In this document: positions 49,081-59,812 of the stretch, piece after piece | Numbering within the stretch: the first letter of the stretch is position 1 | Layout of the letters: every line of letters starts with the position of its first letter | NCBI GenBank assembly: GCA_950097015.1 | Contig: CATNEN010000009.1 | Location: forward strand, 1 to 64,000 | DNA length: 64,000 bases | Direction of reading: 5' to 3' | From: Macrostomum hystrix | Taxonomy: Eukaryota > Animalia > Platyhelminthes | Notes under the pieces: generated by a model | What the model was told of the DNA's origin: nothing | What the model saw: only the letters and a program-made list of their open reading frames with translations | The model's database searches: none | Position numbers and translations under genes: made by a program

Positions 49081-50882
49081 GCACTGTGCGTACTTTAGAA
49101 TAGGGGCGCGTTGACTACTGTATATACAAATATAGGCAAATCTATATAAATACAGACAGGAGAGAGATGCAGAAGGGGAGAGAGGAGGGAAGGAAGGAAG
49201 GGAGAGAGAGAGAAAGAGAGAAGGAGAGACATGAAGAGAGAGAGAAAGTGAAGCAACTGTACACCATGTATAAAAGTGAAAGATGGTCAAAAAATATCCA
49301 GCAGTTAATCACTATATGCAGTTGTACAGGTGCGGCGGCTAGTTGGCAGGTGGTTGGGCAGTCTTGTTCGAATTACGGTTGACCGTTGGAATTTCTGCGC
49401 TTCAATTCTGAGTTCTGAGTTAGTTCAAGCTTATTTTGAGCTTCAACTAGCTCCTTCAGAGGCTTCAAAACATCCTGAAAGAGTACCGACCCTTTCCTTC
49501 CCTGATTCTCACTCCTTTTTATATAGCGATTTTCTTAATCTCTCGTTGATGCGCTCTGTCATTGCCAGCCTTCCCAGCTGATGCAACTCCGACGGCTACA
49601 CCTCCTGCAGCACCAAGCTCAGAGCACCTGCGATGATGGGGATGAGTGTTAGCAAAGGAAGAATCCCGCCTGTCTTCTCATCAGTGATATTGTGATTTGA
49701 TTTTTACAATGGATTTGATTTATGATTGGATCTACTTTCACTTTTGTACCTTTAATTTTCAAAACACCGGGTTTCTTAGAGTCGATAATTCTGCTGATTT
49801 TATTCACTGTTCTTGTTTCAATCCTTTTTTATTTTTATTTTATTTATGTTTTATGTGGAATCAATAGAAGCTTAGCTCTGGTGAATGGTCGTGTGGGGGC
49901 TTTTGGATTAAAGGCTTTTGGATTTGTGAAGCTCAAAATTCACAGTGAAGCCCTGATTCAGTGTGGGTTCAGAATTACAATGCTTTTGCGAGAGTACATT
50001 TTCCTTTATCCACCATCACGCGTAGCCTACCTCATGCGATGCTGTGGATGCTCGAGATCCATCGAATGAGGAATTCCGAAATGACATATTTACTATTTAA
50101 TCAGCTCATCCAGATCTTCAACAAGTTGAAGCGCCTCAACAAGCATGGTGATATTGTGTGTGATATTGTGCGATTATTGTGTGAAAACTGTGATATTGTA
50201 TGCTATCCAAGCAGGAGCAATCTACAACAAAATGAAACGTGTTCTGTGTAAGGATCAGTTTAAGGAACTGAAGGGATCAGCAATGCTTGGATCAAATTTC
50301 TAATGAAGCTGGCGAACTTGGCAGAGGCACATCCACGTCTACATCAGAATAAAATTCGCTCATGCATTCAACATCTGCCGGTAGTCTTGAAGAAACTGGA
50401 TGAAGAGGATAAAGATAAATTACATATAAATATGTAAAGACTCATATTTAAGCAACAACCTTGAAAACTGCAGTATCTGTTTTTGGGGTGCTTGCCATTG
50501 TTGCCTAACATTCTTGGGCTCTGGCAAGGCAAGTTCTGGTTGATTGAAAAAAACACCCACCTCAAAAACAGGTTGGTGTCATTTTGAGAAAACTCTGTAA
50601 CTCTGAGCATACAACCAATTGTTAAGCTGGGGATCACAATCTGATTCTATTTTTAGAAACAGATACTGCAGTATCTGCTTTTTGGTTGTGAGAACTCAGG
50701 GGAGATAAAACTAAAAAGAAAGGACAACATAATTGCTCATAATTCTTACTTACATGTGAATTACTCAGTTTATTCAATGACTTTGCATGGAACTTAGAGA
50801 GAAGAGAAAAGAAAATATATTAAATTAAATATATTAAATATATTCTTAAACCCCTCGGGTTGGGTTCATCGCATGCATGTAA

Positions 50883-52084
50883 TCAATTTTTGATGATGAC
50901 TGAGCAGTTATTAAAACTGAAATTCAGCTGACGCTCACCACGGACGCTAGCTGCGTCTGCCTCAGTCTCGCGTAGTATTTTAGTGTCCAATACAGCGCAG
51001 GAATTGGCGATTTGAATGTCGGACGTCCGCTCGCACGTGCGGACTCCAGCCAAACTTCGGTGACCTGTTCGGTCCATTATTTGCTGTTCTTCAACGCCAG
51101 CTTGGTAAAGACGTGTAGCACATGTAGCGCGTAGACTATGATTAGTCTTGTGGCCAGAAATCTCGGCTTCAGTGCACATTTCATGCAGAAGCTTTGTCAA
51201 GGTGTTTTTGCCAATTGGACGATTCGAGTACCATTACTTCTCCGATGGTTGCTTCAGCGGCAGAAGGTAAAATCTATTACTCTGGCTAGGCCTGACTTTC
51301 TTAAAAAGCTCGAAAAGCTGAACATGACAACGCTCCGGATTGGCTGCATTGGCGAAGTGAAGAACTTCCTTTGGTTTGAAGCGAGTGTCGCGCAATCCAC
51401 CAGCATTCGTCTTCGTGGCCATCTCTTTGTAAACAATACACTTCTGTCCCTCTCGCTCTTGCACACTGAATTGCGAAATGCACAGGGCACTATATGTTCC
51501 TGACTGCCACGTAGAGCAAAAGGCAAGCCGTTAAGATAAAACAAAGCTCTGATCAGACTCGTAGGATCTTTGTCGCCTAACACTTTCTCCCAAAGTTTCT
51601 CCTCATCTTTATAGCCAACAACTTCAGCAGATTTCCTGGCTAGTCCTAAGCCATTTCTTATCCCAATCTTCATGGCGGCATCCAGACTTTCACGCACAAT
51701 GCTGAATCGCTCATTGCGGATATTGAGTATTTGGGTGAGTGTTTGAGTGTTTGGCGGATATTGAGTCCCATCGGCACGGGTCACTTCACGAATGAAAACA
51801 GGAAGGAATTAGTTTAGCTCATCATCGCTAAGTTTTTGCACAGCACGAATAGAATCGTTGGAACGGCCAGAGCGCCACCTATCAAAGACGCCAGCGGACC
51901 ACTTGTTCCGATCGGCGGCATTGGCAGGCTTTGTCGACTCATTAACTGATCGAACCATATCGAGAGTCAAGTCCTTGGGCAGCGTTGATGGACCAGGTTC
52001 TTCACGCGACGACCGCACCTCTTGCAATGCGTAAGGGTTTCGCAAACCTTCACCAGCGCCCAGCAGTAGGTCTAAATCGTCCAT
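50883..52084 (-). pseudogene. Crypton-type tyrosine recombinase (DUF3504/ZMYM-like), decayed
   Basis: ALRGSQEH, KTNAGGL, NPERCHV, RFYL.P, WYSNRPIGKNTL, TNHSLRAT.AT.L and RTGHRS...VRTCER. Two in-frame stops and a frameshift; the catalytic Tyr is replaced by Cys. Confidence 0.85.
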
Positions 52085-52464
52085 CGTAAGCTTATTTGGA
52101 TAGGGTCTCCGACGTATTCTTTAGAATAATCAACCAACGGGTTTAAAATAAGTCTTCGTTCTGCCATTAGTTAAGGGATGTAAAGTATAGTGTAAATTTT
52201 AAGTACAAGTTAAGTATAGAATAATACCCATGGAGGAAAGAATAGAAGGGTTAGTTCAGTAATTTAGTATTTTACTAACTAATTAATGTTTTACTATTTT
52301 AGTAATTTACTAACCCAAATTTAGCCAACATTTTTTTAATTCATCCAACATTTACCCACCCCCCTCCGGGTCTTATTTATTGCAGTGCACCCGCTTTCTC
52401 ACCCATTTTTTACGGCCAATACTATCTCGCATGCAATATTTTTTCGCCTACAAATATACAATTA

Positions 52465-52504
52465 GCTCCTGAAGAAGGGAAAATATTCCCGAAACGCGTC
52501 GAGC
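52465..52504 (+). ncRNA. Minimal type I hammerhead ribozyme motif (canonical core)
   Basis: GCTC-CTGAAGA-A-GGGAA(AATA)TTCCC-GAAACGCGTC-GAGC. Confidence 0.82.
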
Positions 52505-52573
52505 ATCCCTAAGTTTTTCGTTCGGCTTCTTCATTTGCGGTTACGTCGTCAGCTACCCGGATTCTACTCTAGT

Positions 52574-52607
52574 CCTAACCCTAACCCTAACCCTAACTCC
52601 TAACCCT
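52574..52607 (+). repeat. Short interstitial telomeric tract after the hammerhead
   Basis: CCTAACCCTAACCCTAACCCTAACTCCTAACCCT. Confidence 0.92.
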
Positions 52608-53678
52608 TTGCAAACTTGTCCATGTACATTTGGGGTAAAGACTTGCACTCCGTCCCAGCCAATAGGAGCTAGGTGAGTCTACTGTGGGTCAGATTTTCGA
52701 CACTTTTAAATATGGGCCTGGCAATCTAGTTCTATATATAATCTTTGGCCCCCACACCCCGGCTACACTTCAAATTAATGTTGTCTCGCCGGGGTGCGAA
52801 CTTGTGCCACTGGCGCTTGAGTCGGACGCGCCGCCGCCACGCCACTCCCTCCCCTGCTGACAATTGCTAGTTGACAGGTTTATGCAGGCCGACACATCGA
52901 CACTGGATCGGCCGCTTTGGTGTGCCCAGCAGCCTCACGCTGGAGTGCTGCGTCCTTCTAGGGCAATATAGTATAGTCCTTGGCATGAAATCCAAAACGA
53001 TGTTCTGGTATATTATTTTGTAGTATTTATTCTCAGTAGTTGAGAGACAGAATACCTAAATTTTCGTTACTTGGAAATACATTTACAGTATCTCTGAGAT
53101 CGTGGGCTGGTAAATCAATCTACTTAGAAACAACGGTAAGATTTGAACTGCATCACGCCTCTTAAGTGCCTGCGCTGGATCAACCACTCCCAGACGGACT
53201 TCAATCGGTGCTTGAATTCCGAGGACATAATGTTATGAATTCGTGTTTTGACTTCTGACTGAGGACATATTGTTATCATTCTTTATCGTTATAGTTAAGC
53301 TATCGCTCCCTATTTCGCTACTGCTGTTGACAGAGCAGGTCAAATACAGCAGTGAGCTGCTATCTTCAAGCTGGCAAAATAGCTCGCAGTTTTTACCAAA
53401 TTGGTTGCTGCTAGCGGCGGCTGTCTATGGAAAATTTCTGCGGCTGCGTCAGGCTGAGCCGTGGCCAAATTGGTTGCAGTTTTTATCAAATAGAACGTAA
53501 AAAGGTATTTTAATGTTTACAATTGAGGGCGAGCAAATTAAAAAAACGTTACATTTTATGGTTGCAACTTAGGACTTAGTTACATTAAGTTTAATGAAGT
53601 AGGCTCCGAAACTACAGAGCTTTTCTTAACCAACCTCCTCTTCATGTTTTGTCCAGAATAATTTTTTCACTCGTAACT

Positions 53679-54018
53679 TCAGTTGGCGAGAAAGCGTTGC
53701 GGCATGCGCCAGTTCCTGATGCAATCTTTCTCCCAGGAGAAGCACTCGCAGATGCCTGAAATTGTCGGTTGAGTTTGTCCACTTAGAAACATGACCGCAT
53801 GGTTGATTACAGGATCTCTCTCAAGCACAATGTCACTCACATCCAGTCGGGTAGGAGCACGTATTCTCGTTGCCACCGTTGAAGGTCCTGTAGACCTTGC
53901 AGCTGTTGTAGTGGGAACAGCGCAGCAGACAGGACAGGCTGAATCCGGCCTCGGACTGCGGAGCCTGCAGAGCGAGGATCAGCAACGAGAGCCCGACGGT
54001 CCAGAAGACGGAGCGCAT
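53679..54018 (-). CDS. Two-exon secreted cysteine-rich peptide, 84 aa, 8 Cys (exons 54018-53841 and 53755-53679)
   Basis: Hydrophobic signal MRSVFWTVGLSLLILALQAPQSEA. An 85-bp GTGAGT...TTTCAG phase-1 intron joins the two listed ORFs into ...SCLLRCSHYNSC...TCSYPTGCICECFSWEKDCIRNWRMPQRFLAN. Confidence 0.8.
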
Positions 54019-54121
54019 GATCGAAACTGGTCAGATGAAATCAAGTCAAAGCACGACTGTTTGGTTTTTTCAGTGTCTCGGTTTGAGAAAAAAAAGATAA
54101 AAGCTCCAAAAATCAGCGTTA

Positions 54122-54228
54122 TTTATAAAGCTGGGAGGGTTGGTGTTGCAACACTATCAGTGTTGCAACAGTGAGCAGGCGCTCATTTGCTATGAGCAGG
54201 CGCTCATTTGCTATGAGCAGGCGCTCAT
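54122..54228 (-). promoter_or_regulatory. Putative promoter of the peptide gene
   Basis: Minus-strand TATAAA at 54127-54122, two TGTTGCAACA palindromes (54144, 54161) and three TGAGCAGGCGCTCAT units at 21-bp spacing. Confidence 0.5.
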
Positions 54229-54239
54229 ATCTATGTAAC

Positions 54240-54323
54240 GGAAATTTTTGTTTCCATACTAAAGATAAACCTAACCCTAACCCTAGCCCTCTATTTAATG
54301 GAAATTTTTGTTTCCATACTAAG
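54240..54323. repeat. Direct duplication (GGAAATTTTTGTTTCCATACTAA) flanking a short CCTAAC tract
   Basis: Copies at 54240 and 54300 enclose CCTAACCCTAACCCTAGCCCT. Confidence 0.85.
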
Positions 54324-55430
54324 CCATAGTTAGCATTGGACTTTTTTCTAGATACGAGTCCCAGAGAGGCTTGTTTTATCGAATCGGGTTACAAAAAAGT
54401 TTAACTTTCTAAAGTAATAAATTAAACAGAACCTTATCATGAAATTGTTTTCGTTTGAGTAAAAAAGCAAACTGCAATGTAGTCCACGGCTCTGAGAGCA
54501 GCAAGAAGAAGAGGAATAAGAGAGTAGAAATAGAAGCATCTTCCATCAATTTCACGTGTTTTTTTTGCGTCCGATAATTAGGCGAGTCTCATTGTCTGGA
54601 CAGCCGTCTCTTGTGTTGAAATTGCATTAAACTAATGAGCTACGAGTACAAAATACTCATCGATATTTAGTTGAATTCGTAAGCTTAAATCAGAAATGTA
54701 AAATTTAATTAATATTAAATGAATAATGAAAGACCCTCCCTCAGACATCTGACGTTGGAGCTGGCTACTCACTGCTTCTGCTCCCTATGCTGCACGCGTC
54801 TGCATCGTGCCAGTGACGAAATGCCTCGCAAAGAGGCTTTCCAGGTTTGTCAACGGAAGTCGCGCCATTTTAAATTCGCTCCGACCACTTTTACAGCCTC
54901 ATAGTATTTAGGTTCGATGCTGTCATACAGATACATCGGGTCATGTTCGAGTTTTATTTAATTGTTCATTATATTTTATAGCTACTAATTACATAGTTGC
55001 TGCATCCCAGTGTAAAAGGTTGAGTCCGGCGGACCCTGATCGGACTCGGATTGGTCCCCCATGAGCTGGTTTCCAAAAAAAATTTTTTTTGTCTAAAGAC
55101 TTTAAACCGACTGTTAATGTCTTTTTCGGTGTTTTTCGAGGATATTTTGTTCTATTTTCAGCGTAATTTAGGGGGGTCCGATTTCAGTCCTTTCTGTCCT
55201 GACTCATTTTGTGAGTCCGTAACAAGTCCTTTGAGATCTGATTTAATTCAAACTAAAAACGGCGAATAAAAATTAAAGCATTCTTGATGTGCTACTGTCA
55301 GTAGACCGTTGAGGTAACACCAGTTCCAGTAGGAAAAATTATTTTAACCAGCCCAGACTAGCATATTAGAGTATAAGAGTAGAGAGATTGAGTATGAGTT
55401 CCGGCAGAGGATATTTCACGCAGCATCGAT

Positions 55431-56861
55431 ATCTCAGTCTCACCCTCATCTATTTCACAGTCTCACCTTCATCTATTTCACAGTCTCACCTTCATCTATT
55501 TCACAGTCTCACCCTCATCTATCTCACAGTCTCACCCTCATCTATTTCACAGTCTCACCATCATCTATCTCACAGTCTCACCCTCATCTATTTCACAGTC
55601 TCACCATCATCTATTTCACAGTCTCACCCTCATCTATTTCACAGTCTCACCTTCATCTATTTCACAGTCTCACCCTCATCTATCTCACAGTCTCACCCTC
55701 ATCTATTTCACAGTCTCACCATCATCTATCTCACAGTCTCACCCTCATCTATTTCACAGTCTCACCATCATCTATCTCACAGTCTCACCCTCATCTATTT
55801 CACAGTCTCACCCTCATCTATCTCACAGTCTCACCCTCATCTATCTCACAGTCTCACCCTCATCTATTTCACAGTCTCACCATCATCTATCTCACAGTCT
55901 CACCCTCATCTATTTCACAGTCTCACCATCATCTATCTCATAGTCTCACCCTCATCTATTTCACAGTCTCACCATCATCTATCTCACAGTCTCACCCTCA
56001 TCTATTTCACAGTCTTACCATCATCTATCTCACAGTCTCACCCTCATCTATTTCACAGTCTCACCATCATCTATCTCACAGTCTCACCCTCATCTATCTC
56101 ACAGTCTCACTCTTATCTTTCTCAGTCTCACCCTCATCTATTTCACAGTCTCACCCTCATCTATCTCACAGTCTCACCCTCATTTATCTCACAGTCTCAC
56201 CCTCATCTCCGCATCTATCTCACAGTCTCACCCTCATCTATCTCACAGTCTCACCCTCATCTATTTCACAGTCTCACCATCATCTGTCTCACAGTCTCAC
56301 CCTCATCTATTTCATAGTCTCACCATCATCTATCTCACAGTCTCACCCTCATCTATTTCACAGTCTCACCATCATCTATCTCACAGTCTCACCCTCATCT
56401 ATCTCACAGTCTCACCCTTATCTATCTCAGTCTCACCCTCATCTATTTCACAGTCTCACCATCATCTATCTCACAGTCTCACCCTCATCTATCTCACAGT
56501 CTCACCCTCATCTCCGCATCTATCTCACAGTCTCACCCTCATCTATCTCACAGTCTCACCCTCATCTCCTCATCTATCTCACATTCCCACCCTCATCTAT
56601 CTCACAGTCTCACCCTCATCTCCTCATCTATCTCACAGTCTCACCATCATCTATCTCACAGTCTCACTATCATCTATCTCACAGTCTCACCATCATCTAT
56701 CTCACAGTCTCACCCTCATCTATCTCACAGTCTCACCATCATCTATCTCACAGTCTCACCCTCATCTATCTCACAGTCTCACCCTCATCTATCTCACAGT
56801 CTCACCCTCATCTATCTCACAGTCTCACCCTCATCTATCTCACAGTCTCACCCTCATCTCT
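55431..56861. repeat. 23-bp minisatellite (TCACAGTCTCACCCTCATCTATY)n, about 60 copies
   Basis: Visible directly. It produces the spurious 309-aa ORF with a 23-aa period. Confidence 0.97.
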
Positions 56862-58337
56862 CCCCAAACTTGCGACTAAACTGCGACTCTCGTTCTTTAC
56901 CACCGGCAATAAAGTTATGTACTGTCATAAATACTGAATAAACAAGCAATAAAAAATGATATAAACAATCCTGCTTCTCTTCCCCCTGCCTCATCCAGGT
57001 GTTCTTCGAACAATTCAAACATGGCCATTTTTAATTTACAGCCTGGCTGGCCTTGATCTTTATTTGAAGCACAGATCCTTCTTTGTTCACAATACTTTAG
57101 AGGGGCATGCCCAAGGGGCACAGACCAAGAAATATAACTAGACTGCGCATCCCGCACTGCCTGCCTGGACTTGCTTTTTTGCAAATAGTGGAAAAATGGT
57201 CCCACTGCCCACGGAAAAATAAGACACAATAAACCAAGAAATACTTCGAGACGAGACAAAGCATGGTCTCCTAGATATACCTAGTATATCTAGGAGTCCA
57301 TGGACAAAGACAAAAACCTCTATGCAATGCAAAAAACCCCTAGACAATCAACCCGTAGTTTGGTTTTACCGGTAAGAGGAAATTGGGGAGCCAAATGGAG
57401 GCAAAGAGTTCAATGCCCACTTTGGGTGCCTTCACATCTCGTAATTTATTTGACGAGAAAGCGAAAACTACACTTTCTTAAATTTCAGGCAACGTGTGTG
57501 AAGATTAGTTTGCGCGATAGAAAACCGAGCGATCCTGTGCTGCACCAAGTACTTAAAGGCTTAACTTCAGTTTTAGGAATATGTAGCTTAAAATAATCTT
57601 TTTTCATGGACAAAATTCCACAAACCCATCATATCTCATTCACCATGAAACAATATTGAGAATACAAAGATTTGGGTACGAATTAAAAGTAATACAACCA
57701 TGCTCAAATGCTCAAATACCGAAAAGCTAGATGCAAATGATCATTTGATAAAGTCTTATTAAAACGACACTAATCGCTGAAATTCAATAAGAAGTCAAAT
57801 TGAATTTCGTTATCTTAGTCTTGAGACGGTACCCTAGATACTCGTAGAGTATTTTATAATTTATGTAAGCATATTTTGCACCACAGCTTCATAGCAAGCA
57901 TTGTAGGATTTGGAGCCAACAACTGGAAAACCACATTTCCCCGAGCATGGATAAAGACGATGGGGTTGATTGGATCAGTTATCAAATATTGCACAATGCA
58001 CACCACTGCCAGGGAAGCTGTCTTGTTCTTGGCAGATTTGAAGTTACTTGTGACAGACTTGGAGTGGAAATGGTATAGTTCCTTCCAATCTTACATTCTT
58101 ATTACGAGCGTAGAAGCAGCAAACAAAAGATCTGGCTTCTCTGTCAAATGTCAATGCTTTCAGATCATTGAGTTTGTGTAGAAGCTGAGGGTGCCCACTT
58201 GGGCCTATCTGGGGTCATGCAAAATAAAAAATTCAGCTTACTGTCCAGTTGTTTCAACTTCTGACTGGGGGGAGTCCAGACACAAAGACAACGCAAAGAA
58301 TTAAGTGGCCGACCCATTGCGAGAAAAGGCAAGGTTT

Positions 58338-58740
58338 GAAGATTTATTAGCCTTGTGTCTAAAATTTGGATACATATCGAAGCCAATCCATTCCGGGACC
58401 CTCACATACCCCCAGAGCATTGGCCGCATTGGCCCTACAACAACCCCGCCGCTCACTGAACCCCGATAGATTCAATATAGATTCAATAGATTCATAGTCC
58501 AGATGCTTTAGAATTATAACCCCAGCCTGGAAATCCAGACACCACGAATGAGTGAATCGGTTCGTTTGCGAATTGCGAGTCGCGACCCCTGTGAGATTTG
58601 AAGATTTATTGTTTTTTATGTCCAAAAGTTGGATACATATCGAAGCCAGCAGACTCTGGGACCCTCATATTCATTCATTATTCCCCTACTGCTTTGCCTT
58701 CAGCAACAACCCCGCCGCTCACTGCCACCATAGATTGGTA
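58338..58740. repeat. Diverged tandem duplication, about 260-bp offset
   Basis: GAAGATTTATT...TTGGATACATATCGAAGCCA...GGGACCCTCA...CAACAACCCCGCCGCTCACTG at about 58338 and 58600. Confidence 0.8.
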
Positions 58741-59004
58741 TCAATTCATTTGATATCACTCCCAGTTCAAGCATTGGAGCCCAACAACAGAAAAACCAGA
58801 AACAAAGACAAAGACAGGAGATCCCGGAGACAAAGACGAATAACTAAAGACTTAGTAGTAGTTAGTTGAGTACTTTCCTGAGTTTAGTGGAAAGTTAACT
58901 GAGCTGTTGTGTGGGGTGCAACGTAGAATGGTGTCAATTGGGTGCCGATTTTGGGTGCCGAATGTGCGTATTCGAACATAAAATCTAGTTTCAAGTTAGT
59001 TAAC

Positions 59005-59539
59005 TTAATCAGAGCTTGTAAGCGGCACAACAAGATGACAACTCGAGTGCGGAAGAAGAATGCATTTCTTCGTTGGCGTTCCGGACATTGTGCGATGTGA
59101 CTCAGAATAGAAGCCCATTCGGAGAAGCGACGATGGGTAGGGATAGACGTAAAGGTAAAGACAGAGTCTTAGAGACAGGCAATCCGCGGCTGTATAGCGC
59201 ATTTAAGAGAAACTGCATAGCTCGATGGGACAAGTTGTAACGTAAGAACAGAACGAGCAACTCCTCGTCAAGCGTCTCCATACTTGGCTTCGCTTCATTG
59301 TCTTCTTCACTCTCGCCGTCAGCAACTGCATCGTCTTCAATGTCAGGACCAAGTAGTTCAAGGTTCTCTAAGCTTTGCGCGAAGCATTGCAAGTCAAATT
59401 CGCACTGCACAGTTGAGGATGAAAATCGTACTCGACACTCCACTTCGTGTTCTGATTTTTGGAGAAGGCTTTCCGAGAACAAATTTCTAAACTGTCTGCT
59501 TGAATTTGAATCAGTTTCGGTTTTCCTTCGTTTAGGCAT
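59005..59539 (-). pseudogene. Probable N-terminus of an EnSpm/CMC-like transposase, truncated
   Basis: An acidic N-terminus followed by LFLRYNLSHRAMQFLLNAL...GLP...YPSSLL resembles CMC transposase N-termini. It is frameshifted and divergent from the DUF4806-like gene. Confidence 0.5.
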
Positions 59540-59812
59540 GTTTTCAGAAGCTCATTAATGGAAGAAAAATCACAAATTAGTGATTAACAATTAACAATTT
59601 TTAAACATTTCTCGGAATGCGGGAGGGAAGGGATCGGTGAGCCGGGAGGAGGCAGGCCGCGGGGGGGAGGAAGAAATTCTATTGGCTGCGGGGAACCCGC
59701 TGGGCTAAGGTAACTGAACATATATACAAAAACACGTCTCGACAGGCACCAAAATCCCAACTTCCAAATCATTCCAATTCAATTACTCTGACTGTGTCAA
59801 TCTCAAGACTCA

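Noticed and set aside
52733-52960. Third Helitron starting TCTATATATAAT
   Set aside because: The 5' flank is T rather than A, and there is no convincing hairpin-CTAG-T end.
55388-56317. 309-aa Ser/His-rich ORF
   Set aside because: It is a translation of the 23-bp minisatellite (23-aa period) starting at a non-ATG codon.
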